From NCBI GenBank assembly GCA_963798845.1, contig CAWCUS010000004.1, positions 224,001-288,000 on the forward strand: a stretch of DNA of 64,000 nt. Reading direction: 5' to 3'. The translations under genes and the position numbers were made by a program. The notes under the pieces are model-generated. The model searched no databases and was not told the DNA's origin. It was given only the letters and a program-made list of their open reading frames with translations. This stretch comes from an uncultured Gemmatimonadales bacterium (GTDB lineage Bacteria; Gemmatimonadota; Gemmatimonadetes; Longimicrobiales; RSA9). Below, in pieces: positions 42,419 through 52,675 of the stretch (position 1 is the stretch's first letter; each line of letters opens with the position of its first letter).

Positions 42419-42900
42419 CGATGGCGGAATACGAGGGGAGCCCCGAGGGCGAGGGGCGGCGGTTCGTCATCGTGGTCTCCCGCTTCAACGAGCTCGTGAC
42501 GGAACGCCTGCTGGAGGGCGCGCGCTCGTGCCTGGCCCAGCACGGCGTCGAAGCCGCCGCGCTGGACGTGGTCTGGGTGCCGGGAGCGTTCGAGCTCCCG
42601 TCGGCGGCGGCGGTCGCGGTTCGCGCTGGCAGCTATGACGGCGTGGTCGCCATCGGGTGCGTGATCCGCGGCGAGACGCCCCACTTCGACTTCGTTGCCG
42701 GCGAGGCGGCTCGCGGGCTCCAGGACCTGGCGCTGCGGGAGGGTGTCCCGGTCGGCTTCGGCGTGCTCACCACCGACACCCGCGACCAGGCACTGGCGCG
42801 GGCGGGAGGGGAGAAGGGGAACAAGGGCTGGGAGGCGGCGCTCACGGCGCTGGAAATGGCGGATCTCTTCGGACGGCTGCAGGGTGCGGGACCGGACTAA
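42415..42900 (+). CDS. ribH: 6,7-dimethyl-8-ribityllumazine synthase
   Basis: [24 protein letters not shown]. Confidence 0.96.
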   Translation: MTMAEYEGSPEGEGRRFVIVVSRFNELVTERLLEGARSCLAQHGVEAAALDVVWVPGAFELPSAAAVAVRAGSYDGVVAIGCVIRGETPHFDFVAGEAARGLQDLALREGVPVGFGVLTTDTRDQALARAGGEKGNKGWEAALTALEMADLFGRLQGAGPD

Positions 42901-43297
42901 GGCGAGGGAGTGGGCGCTGCTCGTCCTCTACGCCTGGGAGAGCCGCGGTCCGGATGCGGAGCTGGAGGCGATCCTCCAGGACTTCCTCACGCGCCGGCGG
43001 ATCGGGAGCGAGAGCCGCGTCTACCTCCGTCGCCTGATCGATGCGGTCCAGGAGGACATGGGAGCGTTGGACGCCGAGATCCAGAGGTCGGTGGCGAACT
43101 GGCGCCTCGAGCGGGTCGCGGTGGTGGACCGCAACATCCTCCGGATCGCGGCGACGGAAATGATGCGGTTCGAGGATATCCCGCCGCGTGTCTCGATCCA
43201 GGAAGCGCTGGGGCTCGCGGAGAAGTACGGGGCCGACCAGAGCCCGCGCTTCGTCAACGGAGTCCTGGACGGCCTGATGCGCCAACTCGGACGCTGA
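42884..43297 (+). CDS. nusB: Transcription antitermination factor NusB
   Basis: RTKARE, NWRLER..DRNILR, FVNGVLD; located after ribH. Confidence 0.93.
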   Translation: MRDRTKAREWALLVLYAWESRGPDAELEAILQDFLTRRRIGSESRVYLRRLIDAVQEDMGALDAEIQRSVANWRLERVAVVDRNILRIAATEMMRFEDIPPRVSIQEALGLAEKYGADQSPRFVNGVLDGLMRQLGR

Positions 43298-44409
43298 TGC
43301 GCGTCCTCGTGGCCAACTGGCAGGACCGCCTGAACCCGCAGGCGGGCGGTGCGGAGACGCACCTGCACGAGATCTTCGGCCGCCTGGTGGATCGTGGGCA
43401 CGAGGTGACGCTCCTCGTATCCGGCTGGTCCGGAGGGCCATCGACGGCTCGCGTGGACGGGATGGAGGTGCACCGGACCGGCGGACGTCTTACATTTTCT
43501 GTAGCGGCCCCGATCTACTACCGGCGCCACCTGGCCGACCGCCGATTCGATGCGATGGTCGAAGACCTGAACAAGGTCCCGCTGTTCTCGCCGCTCTGGG
43601 TGCGGCACCCGCTATCTTTACTGGTGCATCATCTGTTCGGGGGCACCGCCTTCCAGGAGGCAGCCCTGCCCGTGGCGTCGGGCACCTGGCTGCTCGAGAA
43701 GCCGCTCGGCCGCGTGTATGCCGGGACGCCCACCATGGCGGTCTCCCGCAGCACGGCCGCGGACCTCGAGGCGCGGGGGCTGCCCGGCGACAGCATTGTG
43801 GTCATCCCCAACGGCGTGGCGCTCGAGCGCTACGGTCCAGACCCCGGCGGGGAGCGCTACCCCGTACCCACCGCGCTGTACCTGGGGCGGCTGAAGCGGT
43901 ACAAGCGCGTGGACCTGCCGATCCGCGCGGTGGCGCGGCTTCGCGACGCGGGCGTGGCGGTGCGCCTGGTGGTGGCGGGGACGGGTGATCATGCGGACGC
44001 CCTGCGGGCGCTCTGCACGAAACTGGGGCTCGGCTCGGAAGTCGAGTTCCGCGGCTATGTCACGGAGGAGGAGAAACCAGAGCTGTTCCGCCGCGCCTGG
44101 GTGCACGTGCTCACCTCGCCCAAGGAGGGTTGGGGCATCACGAACCTGGAGGCGGCGGCGTGCGGGACCCCGACCGTGGCGAGCGATTCGCCCGGCCTGC
44201 GGGACTCGGTCGTGGACGGAGAGACCGGGTTCCTCGTGCCCCACGGCGATGTGGCGGCGCTGGCCGATCGGATCCGGGCGCTGGTCGAGGACCCGAGCTT
44301 GCGGGAGCGGCTGGGGCGAAATGCCCTGGCGTTCGCGCGACATCATACCTGGGAGCGGTCCGCCCGCGAGACCGAGTCGTTTCTCGAGTGCGTGGCCGCT
44401 TCCGCCTGA
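43297..44409 (+). CDS. Glycosyltransferase family 4
   Basis: GGAE, GRLKRYKR, EGWGITNLEA. Confidence 0.9.
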   Translation: MRVLVANWQDRLNPQAGGAETHLHEIFGRLVDRGHEVTLLVSGWSGGPSTARVDGMEVHRTGGRLTFSVAAPIYYRRHLADRRFDAMVEDLNKVPLFSPLWVRHPLSLLVHHLFGGTAFQEAALPVASGTWLLEKPLGRVYAGTPTMAVSRSTAADLEARGLPGDSIVVIPNGVALERYGPDPGGERYPVPTALYLGRLKRYKRVDLPIRAVARLRDAGVAVRLVVAGTGDHADALRALCTKLGLGSEVEFRGYVTEEEKPELFRRAWVHVLTSPKEGWGITNLEAAACGTPTVASDSPGLRDSVVDGETGFLVPHGDVAALADRIRALVEDPSLRERLGRNALAFARHHTWERSARETESFLECVAASA

Positions 44410-44431
44410 GCATTCAAACGCTGGAGGCCCC

Positions 44432-44755
44432 ATGGACGTTCGGATCACCACGCGGCACAGCACGGTCGGTGACGCACTTCTGAAGCGGGCGGAGGAGCGG
44501 GTGCAGAAGCTCGGCAAGTACGATCCCCGCATCCTTGCGGTCTCGGTGCTGTTCGAAGAGGATCACGGCCACAGCGCGGTCGAGGTGCGCGCGACGTCGC
44601 CCGGGGTCCCGACGGTGGTGGCCCGTGCAGAAGGCGAAACCAATCGCAGCGCTTTCGATCGCGCGTTCGAGAAGATCCGCCGCCGGCTGCGGCGGGAAAG
44701 GACGAAGCGGATCGATCACCAGGCCCCGCCCCCCGTGGGCATGGTCGAACCCTGA
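44432..44755 (+). CDS. Ribosome hibernation factor HPF/RaiA family
   Basis: MDVRITTRH start, AFDRAFEKIRRRLRR; upstream of hprK. Confidence 0.8.
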   Translation: MDVRITTRHSTVGDALLKRAEERVQKLGKYDPRILAVSVLFEEDHGHSAVEVRATSPGVPTVVARAEGETNRSAFDRAFEKIRRRLRRERTKRIDHQAPPPVGMVEP

Positions 44756-44767
44756 CGCGGAGGCTGC

Positions 44768-45730
44768 GTGAGCCCGAATCTGACGATCAAAGCGCTGCTG
44801 GCGGACAAACAGGATGTCCTCGAGCTCGAGCTGCTGACGCCTGACGTCTCGCTCGAGCGGCCGATCGAAGCCCCGAGCCTTTCCAGCCCGGGGCTCATCC
44901 TGTCCGGCTTCCGGGACCGTGTGCCCACGGGGCGGCTCCAGATCCTGGGCGAGACGGAAGTCTCGTTCCTCCACTCCGTGGCGGAAGGGGAGCTGGAGTC
45001 CGTGCTGGAGCGGCTCTTCTCCATCGAGATGCCGGCGCTGGTGGTGAGCAAGGGACAGCAGGTGCCCGGGCGGCTGCTGGAGCTGGCGTCGCAGCGGAAC
45101 GTCCCGGTGTTCCGCACCGCGCTGAAGACCGGCGACCTGTACCGCCGCATCCAGCCCTACCTGGAAGCAATGTTCGCGCCCGGCACCACGCTCCACGGGT
45201 CCATGGCCGACGTGTACGGTGTGGGCCTGCTGATCGTCGGCCGGAGCGGGATCGGGAAGAGCGAGTGCGTGCTCGACCTGGTGGAGCGCGGGCACCGGCT
45301 GGTGGCCGATGACCTCGTCTACGTGACGCGTCGAGGGAACGACGTGCTGATCGCCCGCGGTCACGAGCTGCAGCGACACCACATGGAGATCCGTGGAATC
45401 GGGATCATCGACATCCCCGCGCTCTTCGGCATCCGGTCGATCCGGCAGCAGAAGCGGATCGAGGTGGTGGTGCGTCTGGTGGACTGGAACGAGAAGGATG
45501 CGTACGAGCGCACCGGGCTCGCGACGGAGCAGATCGACATCCTGGAAGTGCCGATCCCGCAGGTCACCATCCCGCTGAACCCGGGGAAGAACATCACGGT
45601 GATCGCGGAAGTGGTGGCGATGAACCACCTGCTCAAGTACTCCGGGATCCACAGCGCCGAGCGCTTCAACGCCACCATCCAGGCGGCCATGCGACCGGTC
45701 CGGGAGTATCTCGAGGAGGACTATGAGTGA
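44768..45730 (+). CDS. hprK: HPr kinase/phosphorylase
   Basis: GRSGIGKSE, HRLVADD, MEIRGIGII. Confidence 0.96.
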   Translation: MSPNLTIKALLADKQDVLELELLTPDVSLERPIEAPSLSSPGLILSGFRDRVPTGRLQILGETEVSFLHSVAEGELESVLERLFSIEMPALVVSKGQQVPGRLLELASQRNVPVFRTALKTGDLYRRIQPYLEAMFAPGTTLHGSMADVYGVGLLIVGRSGIGKSECVLDLVERGHRLVADDLVYVTRRGNDVLIARGHELQRHHMEIRGIGIIDIPALFGIRSIRQQKRIEVVVRLVDWNEKDAYERTGLATEQIDILEVPIPQVTIPLNPGKNITVIAEVVAMNHLLKYSGIHSAERFNATIQAAMRPVREYLEEDYE

Positions 45731-46118
45731 AGCGTCGCCGCGCGGGATCGTGGTCGCCCACGCCGCGCTGGCGGAAGGGCTGGTGGAGGCCGTGCAACGG
45801 ATCGCCGGGCTCGACGACAATGCGCTCGTCGCCTTCTCGAACGAAGGGCTCGGCCCCGCCGGCATCCGCGAGGGTCTGGCGAAGCTGCTGGACAGCCGCC
45901 CGGCGATCGTGTTCACGGATCTGCGGGAAGGGAGCTGCGGGATCGCGGCCAGACAGGTCTGCCGTGGAGGGCCGCAGCGCGTGGTGATCACGGGGGTGAA
46001 CCTCCCGCTCCTTCTGGATTTCGCCATGAAGCGAGCCGCCCTTCCGTTCGACGAGCTGGTGCCGCGGCTGGTGCAGCGCGGGCGGGATGGCATCAGCGCC
46101 ATACCCTCGCAGGAGTGA
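45723..46118 (+). CDS. PTS mannose-family EIIA
   Basis: IVVAH phospho-His, TDL..GS, GVNLPLL. Confidence 0.85.
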   Translation: MSEASPRGIVVAHAALAEGLVEAVQRIAGLDDNALVAFSNEGLGPAGIREGLAKLLDSRPAIVFTDLREGSCGIAARQVCRGGPQRVVITGVNLPLLLDFAMKRAALPFDELVPRLVQRGRDGISAIPSQE

Positions 46119-46122
46119 CCGA

Positions 46123-46608
46123 GTGAGCGTGGTCCTGTACAGGGTCGACGAGCGGCTCATCCACGGCCAGGTGGTGGTGGGGTGGGGTGGCCGTCTCGAT
46201 CCGTCCCGGATCGTCGTCGTCGATGACATCCTCGCGGTGACGCCGTGGGAGCAGGAGCTGTACGCCATGGGCGTGCCGTCGGAGGTCGAAGCGGAGTTCA
46301 CCACCGTCTCGGATGCGACAGCCCGGCTCCCCGAGTGGCAGAACGGAGGGGAGCGCATCATGGTTCTCACGCGTGACATCGGAACCATGACACGGCTCGC
46401 CAGGAGCGGGCTGATGGAAGGGGCGGAGGTCAACATCGGGGGCATCCATCACGCTCCGGGGCGCAGGCGCGTGCTCCGCTACGTGTTCCTCAGCGATGAG
46501 GACCGGCGGGCGCTGGAGGAGCTATCGAGCCAGGGGACGCGGGTGGTGGCCCGGGATGTCCCCGACGCCCGCCGGGTGGAGCTCGAAGAGCTGGTGGGCG
46601 CGTCATGA
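46123..46608 (+). CDS. PTS mannose-family EIIB
   Basis: RVDERLIHGQV, NIGG. Confidence 0.92.
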   Translation: MSVVLYRVDERLIHGQVVVGWGGRLDPSRIVVVDDILAVTPWEQELYAMGVPSEVEAEFTTVSDATARLPEWQNGGERIMVLTRDIGTMTRLARSGLMEGAEVNIGGIHHAPGRRRVLRYVFLSDEDRRALEELSSQGTRVVARDVPDARRVELEELVGAS

Positions 46609-47276
46609 CGTGGTGGCTCGTGGTGGCGGCGATCGGCGGTGTCGTCGGGCTCGACGGGACCTCGTTCCCCCAGGCCATGATCTCGAGACCGGTCGTGGCG
46701 GGGGCGCTCACCGGCGCAGTTCTGGGACGGCCGACGGAAGGCCTCCTGGTGGGCTTCATGCTCGAGGTGTTCGCCCTGGTGATCCTGCCGATCGGGGCGG
46801 TCCGGTACCCGGAGTCGGGGACGGCCGCGGTGGCCTCCGCAAGCGCGTACATCGCCCTGGCCCCGGTCGGAATGGACCCCGGGGTGCTCGTCCTCACGCT
46901 CGCCTTCGGGCTGGCGTGGGAGCACGTGGGCGGCGCCACCATCGTGCTGATGCGGAGGAGCAACGGCCGGCTGCTGACCGGCGACGCCCCGCTGTCGGCC
47001 GCGCAGCTAGAGCGGCGCCACCTCATGGCGATGGCTGTGGACTTCCTGCGCGGCGCCGTGGTGTCGGCCGGCGGCGCGGTCCTGGCGTTCGGACTGATCC
47101 GCGTTCTCGAGCCGTCGTGGGCGCTGCGGGACGACGTCGCCACCGGAGCGCTGGGCGTGATTGCCGCGGCGATGGTGGGGACGGCCGCCGCGCTGTTCGG
47201 TGGCGTCCGCTCGCGCCGCCTCGCGCTCGTAGTCGGCGCGGGCGCGGGGCTCCTGCTGGGGTGGGCGCTCCCGTGA
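46605..47276 (+). CDS. PTS mannose-family EIIC
   Basis: Multi-TM protein; QAMISRPVV, PIGA..P. Confidence 0.85.
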   Translation: MTWWLVVAAIGGVVGLDGTSFPQAMISRPVVAGALTGAVLGRPTEGLLVGFMLEVFALVILPIGAVRYPESGTAAVASASAYIALAPVGMDPGVLVLTLAFGLAWEHVGGATIVLMRRSNGRLLTGDAPLSAAQLERRHLMAMAVDFLRGAVVSAGGAVLAFGLIRVLEPSWALRDDVATGALGVIAAAMVGTAAALFGGVRSRRLALVVGAGAGLLLGWALP

Positions 47277-48031
47277 CGGCGTCGCGCCGTGCGCCCGTGT
47301 CGATCCTGCTGCGCGCGTTCGCGGTGCAGGGCTCGTGGAACTACGAGACGCTGACCGGCACGGGCTTCGGGTTCGTGCTGCTGCCGGGCCTCCGGCGCCT
47401 GTTCGGGGATCCGGCCGCGCTGGAAGCGGCCATCCGGCGTCACGAGGGTCCCTTCAACAGCCATCCGTATCTGGCGCCGCTGGCGCTGGGCGCCGTGCTC
47501 CGGCTGGAGCAGGACGGGACGGACCCGGCGGTGATCGAGCGCTTCAAGGCTGCGCTGCGCGGCTCGCTGGGGACGCTGGGAGACCGGCTGGTGTGGGCCG
47601 GTTGGCGGCCGGCCGCCGTGCTTTTGGCTCTGGCGCTCCTGCTGGTGGGCGTCCCCTGGTGGGGAGCCATCGGCGTGTTCCTGGTCGTCTACAATGTCCT
47701 CCACGTGCTGCTCATGACGTGGGGGCTGAACGTGGGGTTCTCGGAAGGCCTGGCCGTGGCCGAGCGGCTGCGCGGTTCGCTGGTCCCGCGCACCCACCCC
47801 CGGATCATGGTGGTAGGGGCGTTCCTGAGCGGGCTGGTCGCGGCTCTGCTCGCCGTTCGCGGGCTGCCTGTCGTGGAGGAGCAGGCGCCGGGACCGGTCT
47901 GGGCATGGGCCCTCGCCGCCCTGGCCGCCGCCGCCGTGGGGGCCCGGTTCGGGGAGCGCACGCGCCGCTACGGGATCATCGCCGTGGCGGTGATGACGGT
48001 GGTCGGGTTACTGGTGGGGGTGGCGCGATGA
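47273..48031 (+). CDS. PTS mannose-family EIID
   Basis: QGSWNYE, RH..FNSHPY, LGDRLVW. Confidence 0.88.
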   Translation: MTASRRAPVSILLRAFAVQGSWNYETLTGTGFGFVLLPGLRRLFGDPAALEAAIRRHEGPFNSHPYLAPLALGAVLRLEQDGTDPAVIERFKAALRGSLGTLGDRLVWAGWRPAAVLLALALLLVGVPWWGAIGVFLVVYNVLHVLLMTWGLNVGFSEGLAVAERLRGSLVPRTHPRIMVVGAFLSGLVAALLAVRGLPVVEEQAPGPVWAWALAALAAAAVGARFGERTRRYGIIAVAVMTVVGLLVGVAR

Positions 48032-48309
48032 ACGGGCCGGAAACCGCCGAGCAGACGGTCGTCATCCAGAACAAGTACGGCCTGCACGCGCGCCCTGCCG
48101 CCGAGTTCGTGAAGCGGGCGCACGAATTCAGCTCGGAGGTTTGGGTTCGGAGGGATGAGCTGGAAGTGAACGGGAAGAGCATCATGGGGATGATGATGCT
48201 GGCGGCGGAGCGCGGGGCTGAGATCGTGATCCGTGCGTCCGGGAGCGACGCGGAGGTCGCGGTCGGAAGCCTGGTGGAGCTGGTGATCTCGAGGTTCGGA
48301 GAGGAGTAG
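48028..48309 (+). CDS. ptsH: Phosphocarrier protein HPr
   Basis: GLHARPA (His15) and KSIMG (Ser46). Confidence 0.96.
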   Translation: MNGPETAEQTVVIQNKYGLHARPAAEFVKRAHEFSSEVWVRRDELEVNGKSIMGMMMLAAERGAEIVIRASGSDAEVAVGSLVELVISRFGEE

Positions 48310-48310
48310 G

Positions 48311-50098
48311 GTGAGCGATCGGTGGCTGTGCGAGGGGACGCCGGCGTCCCCCGGAATCGTGATCGGCCCCGCGCACGTGGTGGCGTGGGAGCGTCCCCGC
48401 GTGCTGCACCAGACGATCGATCCGGACGACATCGCGGCGGAGATCGAACGGTTCCGCCATGCGCTGGAGGCGGCGAGGGAGCAGCTGCTGCGGATCCAGG
48501 CAGACGCGGCGAGCCGGCTCGGGTCGGTGGAGGCGCAGATCTTCGAGCCGCAGCTCATGATGCTGCGGGACGCGGACCTGGTGGAGGGGATCGAGGAGTA
48601 CATCGGGGAGAACCGGCTGTCGGCGGCGAGGGCGGTGGAGCTGCGGATGCTGGAGTTCCAGTCGGAGTGGCGGCAGACCGGGCATCCCATGGTCATGGAT
48701 CGGCTGAACGATCTGCTGGACGTCGAGGACCGGATCATCCGCCACCTGGTGGGGAGCGAGGACCCGGACACTCTGCTGGACGGGATCACGGAGCCCGTGA
48801 TCCTCGTGGGCCGCGATCTCACGCCGAGCGTCACGGTGCAGCTGGACCCCGCCCGCGTTCTCGGGCTGGCCACGGACGCGGGCACGCGCACGTCGCATTC
48901 GGCGATCATCGCGCGGGCGCTCGGAATCCCGGCGGTCGTAGGACTCGGCGAGGCCGCCACGACCATCGGGGAGGGGGACCTGCTGATCCTGGACGGCCGG
49001 ACGGGGCGGCTGATCGCGAACCCGCTGGAGACGGAGCAGCGCCGCTATCGTGAACGCGACATCCAGGTGAGGGAGTGGGAGCAGGAGCTGGTGCTGCTGT
49101 CGCACCTCGAGCCGGTGACGCCGGACCGCCAGCCGGTTCTCCTGCGCGGCAATATCGACCTGCCGGGCGAGGCGCAGACGGCGAAGGAGCACGGGGCGCA
49201 GGGGGTGGGACTGTTCCGGACCGAGTTCCTGGTGGTCGGGCGCCGGTCGATGCCGGAGGAGGAAACGCAGTACGAGGCGTATCGGCAGGTGGCGGAGGCG
49301 TTCCCCCACGACGCGGTTGTGATCCGGACGTACGACCTGGGCGGCGACAAGTTCCCGCTGTTCCTGAACATGCCCGCGGAGGAGAACCCGTACCTGGGCT
49401 GGCGGGCGATCCGCGTCTGCCTCGACATGCCGGAGCTCTTCCGGACCCACCTGCGAGCGATGCTGCGCGCCACGGTACACGGCGACGTCCGGATCATGCT
49501 CCCGCTCATCACGTCAGTGGAGGAGCTCCAGCAGACGCGCCGGATGCTGGAGGAGGAGGAGGACCGGCTGAACGCCGACGGGATCCCGTTCAACGCGGGG
49601 TACAAGGTCGGGGTCATGATCGAGACGCCCGCGGCCGCGCTGCTTGCCAACGAGCTGACCCGCTACGCGGATTTCTTCTCCATCGGGACGAACGACCTGA
49701 CCCAGTACACGCTGGCCGTGGACCGCAACAACTCGCGGCTGTCATCGCGATTCAACGCGCTCCACCCCTCGGTGATCAAGCTGCTCCGCCACACCGTACA
49801 GGCCGGACGCGCGGCCGGCCTGGAAGTGAGCGTGTGCGGCGAGCTGGCCTCGGACCCGGTGGGGCTCTACCTCCTCTTGGGCCTCGGCATCACCGTGTTC
49901 AGCGTGTCCCCGGCGGCGCTCCCGGAGATCAAGAAAGTGGTCCGCTCCGTCCCCGCCTCCGACGCCCGGGCGCGGGCGGAAGAGGCGCTGGCCGCCCCGG
50001 ATGTTCGGACGGTGACTCGCATCCTCACCGAGGGCATCTCCGAGTGGCTGGACCTCTCGCTCTTCTCGGGGCGGTGGAACTTGTCCCCCCCTGAGTGA
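48311..50098 (+). CDS. ptsI: PTS enzyme I
   Basis: TSHSAI, GLFRTEF, ENPYLGWR, SIGTNDL, VCGE. Confidence 0.96.
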   Translation: MSDRWLCEGTPASPGIVIGPAHVVAWERPRVLHQTIDPDDIAAEIERFRHALEAAREQLLRIQADAASRLGSVEAQIFEPQLMMLRDADLVEGIEEYIGENRLSAARAVELRMLEFQSEWRQTGHPMVMDRLNDLLDVEDRIIRHLVGSEDPDTLLDGITEPVILVGRDLTPSVTVQLDPARVLGLATDAGTRTSHSAIIARALGIPAVVGLGEAATTIGEGDLLILDGRTGRLIANPLETEQRRYRERDIQVREWEQELVLLSHLEPVTPDRQPVLLRGNIDLPGEAQTAKEHGAQGVGLFRTEFLVVGRRSMPEEETQYEAYRQVAEAFPHDAVVIRTYDLGGDKFPLFLNMPAEENPYLGWRAIRVCLDMPELFRTHLRAMLRATVHGDVRIMLPLITSVEELQQTRRMLEEEEDRLNADGIPFNAGYKVGVMIETPAAALLANELTRYADFFSIGTNDLTQYTLAVDRNNSRLSSRFNALHPSVIKLLRHTVQAGRAAGLEVSVCGELASDPVGLYLLLGLGITVFSVSPAALPEIKKVVRSVPASDARARAEEALAAPDVRTVTRILTEGISEWLDLSLFSGRWNLSPPE

Positions 50099-50149
50099 AA
50101 CTCTAGACTTCGGCGTCCGTCCCGCGCCGCCTGGAAGAAAGCAGATCGA

Positions 50150-51325
50150 ATGGCCACTCGCCTGTTCACCTCGGAGTCCGTGACCGAGGGGCACCCCGAC
50201 AAGATCGCCGACCAGATCAGCGATACCGTGCTGGACTCGATTCTGGAGAAGGATCCGGCGGGTCGAGTGGCGTGCGAGGTGCTGGTCACCACCGGGCTGG
50301 TCATTGTGACCGGCGAGATCACGACGGAGACGGCGCCGGACTATGCGGCGCTGGTGCGTGGGACCCTCTCCTCGATCGGCTACACGGACGCCACCTGGGG
50401 GATCGACGGGGATACGTGCGGCGTGCTCGTCTCCGTGGGCCGGCAGTCGCCGGACATCAGCCTGGGCGTGGACCCGGGTGGAGCAGGCGACCAGGGGATG
50501 ATGTTCGGCTACGCCGTGGACGAGACGCCGGAGCTCATGCCGGCGCCGATCCTCCTTTCCCACCGGCTGACCCACCGGCTGGCGGACCTGCGTCGCTCGG
50601 GTCGGCTGAAGTGGCTCCGGCCGGACGGCAAGGCGCAGGTCACCGTGGAGTACGATGGGCACCGGCCGTTGAGGGTGCACACCGTCGTCGTGAGCACGCA
50701 GCACGCCCCGGACGTGAGCCTGTCGACCGTGCGCGAGGCGGTGGTCGAGGAGGTGATCACCCCGGTGCTGCCCGAAGAGCTGTTCGACCCGGATCGCTGC
50801 ATCTTCCACGTGAACCCGACGGGACGGTTCGTGGTGGGCGGGCCGCTCGGCAATGCGGGGCTGACCGGGCGCAAGATCATCGTGGACACGTATGGTGGAG
50901 CGGGACGGCACGGCGGGGGCGCATTCAGCGGCAAGGACCCGACCAAAGTGGACCGCTCGGGCGCGTACGGCGCCCGCTGGGCGGCCAAGAACGTGGTCGC
51001 CGCGGGGCTGGCGGCGCGGTGCGAGATCCAGCTCGCGTACGCGATCGGAGTGGCGGAACCGGTTTCGGTGCACGTCGACACGTTCGGCACGGGGAGGCTC
51101 CCGGACGAGGACATCGCCGTCGCGGTCCAGGAGGTGTTCGATTTCCGGCCCCGCGCCATCATCCAGACGCTCGGCCTGAGCCAGCCGATCTACCGGCCGA
51201 CGGCCGCGTACGGGCACTTCGGCCGCACGCCGGTGGAGGTGGACGTGGATGGGCGCACGGTCCAGCTGTTCCCGTGGGAGCGCACGGACCGGACATCGGC
51301 GCTGGAGGCGGCGGTCGGGGGCTGA
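50150..51325 (+). CDS. metK: S-adenosylmethionine synthetase
   Basis: [45 protein letters not shown]. Confidence 0.96.
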   Translation: MATRLFTSESVTEGHPDKIADQISDTVLDSILEKDPAGRVACEVLVTTGLVIVTGEITTETAPDYAALVRGTLSSIGYTDATWGIDGDTCGVLVSVGRQSPDISLGVDPGGAGDQGMMFGYAVDETPELMPAPILLSHRLTHRLADLRRSGRLKWLRPDGKAQVTVEYDGHRPLRVHTVVVSTQHAPDVSLSTVREAVVEEVITPVLPEELFDPDRCIFHVNPTGRFVVGGPLGNAGLTGRKIIVDTYGGAGRHGGGAFSGKDPTKVDRSGAYGARWAAKNVVAAGLAARCEIQLAYAIGVAEPVSVHVDTFGTGRLPDEDIAVAVQEVFDFRPRAIIQTLGLSQPIYRPTAAYGHFGRTPVEVDVDGRTVQLFPWERTDRTSALEAAVGG

Positions 51326-51460
51326 CTGGCCGGGGGGGGGCGTGAACCCCGCGCTCGCTCGGGAGTATCTGATGCACGGGCGGCGGCGCCGTGGCGGGCG
51401 CGGCCGCGCCCGTCGAAGCGGGAGTCATTGGGCCGCAAGGCCCGTGCGGAGCGGAGGCGC

Positions 51461-51997
51461 ATGATAGAGGTAACGGTTCAAAGTCTCGGACTCGATCGCA
51501 GCTCGAACAGCCCCGTGGTGATCCTGCAGGAAAAGGACGGGGCGCGGGTGCTGCCCATCTGGATCGGGCCGGGCGAAGCGAGCGCGATCGCAATGGAGCT
51601 CGCGGGCATGAACTTCTCGCGCCCGCTCACGCACGACCTCTTCGCGTCCGCCATCACGGGCCTCGGCGGCAGCCTCCAGCGCGTGATCATCACCAAGGTG
51701 GTGGACAACACCTATTATGCCGAGATGATCATCGCCCGCGACGGCGAGTATTTCAGCCTCGACGCCCGGCCGTCCGACTCCATCGCCATGGCGCTGCGCA
51801 TGGATGCCGTGATCTTCACGACGGACGAGCTGCTGGAGGAGACGTCCATCGAGATCTCGGAAGCGTCCGATTTCGAGCCCGAGGCGGCAGAAGCGGAGGC
51901 GTCCGAAACCGAGGAGCCGGACCTGGCGCCGCCCGAGGACCTGAAGGAATACCTCCGGCGACTCCACCCCGAGGACTTCGGACGCTTCACGCCGTGA
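51461..51997 (+). CDS. Bifunctional nuclease (DUF151) family protein
   Basis: LPIWIG..EA, RPLTHDL, DARPSDSIA. Confidence 0.9.
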   Translation: MIEVTVQSLGLDRSSNSPVVILQEKDGARVLPIWIGPGEASAIAMELAGMNFSRPLTHDLFASAITGLGGSLQRVIITKVVDNTYYAEMIIARDGEYFSLDARPSDSIAMALRMDAVIFTTDELLEETSIEISEASDFEPEAAEAEASETEEPDLAPPEDLKEYLRRLHPEDFGRFTP

Positions 51998-52674
51998 CTC
52001 CCCGCCCTCGCCTGCCCGCCCTTTTCGCGCTCGCGGCGACGCTGCTCACGGTGTCCGCAGCGCACGCACAGGAGTTCGCCGGCGTGGCCAGGGGAGCGGA
52101 CGGCCAGCCGCTCGCGGGCGTTCCGGTGGCCGTGCACCGGGTGGGCGGCGGTGGCGGGGCGGCCGTGGCCACGGGCACTACGGCCGACGACGGCACGTTC
52201 CGCTTCGACATCGCCATGGCCGACTCCGCCGTGTACTTCGGGGCGATCCGGTACAACGGCTCGATGTACCTCGGCCCGGGCGTCCGCGGCGGTGAAGGCC
52301 CCGTGACGGGCTACGTGATCGAGGTGAGCCCAGATGCGGAGGTCGGTGCCGTGGCCAGCGCGCTCGGGAGTGAGGCCGGGGAACCGGGCGGCGGCGCCGC
52401 CACGGGCGCGGGCATGCAGGCGGGTACAGGGGCGGCGCCCGTCTCGGCAAACGGCGCTGCGGGCGCAGCACTGCTCATCGGGTTCCTGGCGCTCGCGACG
52501 GCCGGGATCTTCGTGACGGCAGCCCCCGCCTACCGTCGGCGGCGGACCCGGGACGACCTGATCGGCATCGCCACGCTGCAGAACGGCCTGGACTCCATGG
52601 AGCCCGGGCCGGAGCGGGACGGGGCGGAGCGGAAGATCCGCGACCTGAAGGAGCGCCTCCTGCCGGGCGGGTGA
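51994..52674 (+). CDS. Hypothetical exported protein: carboxypeptidase-regulatory-like beta domain plus C-terminal TM anchor
   Basis: Signal peptide AHA-Q, GQPLAGVPV...TTADDGTFRF, Gly/Ala linker, TM followed by RRRR. Confidence 0.6.
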   Translation: MTPRPRLPALFALAATLLTVSAAHAQEFAGVARGADGQPLAGVPVAVHRVGGGGGAAVATGTTADDGTFRFDIAMADSAVYFGAIRYNGSMYLGPGVRGGEGPVTGYVIEVSPDAEVGAVASALGSEAGEPGGGAATGAGMQAGTGAAPVSANGAAGAALLIGFLALATAGIFVTAAPAYRRRRTRDDLIGIATLQNGLDSMEPGPERDGAERKIRDLKERLLPGG

Positions 52675-52675
52675 C

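Noticed and set aside
50099..50149. SAM riboswitch before metK
   Set aside because: The gap is 51 bp with no recognisable aptamer.
51332..51340. G9 homopolymer as a phase-variation tract
   Set aside because: Intergenic, not within an evident promoter spacer, and unremarkable in G-rich DNA.
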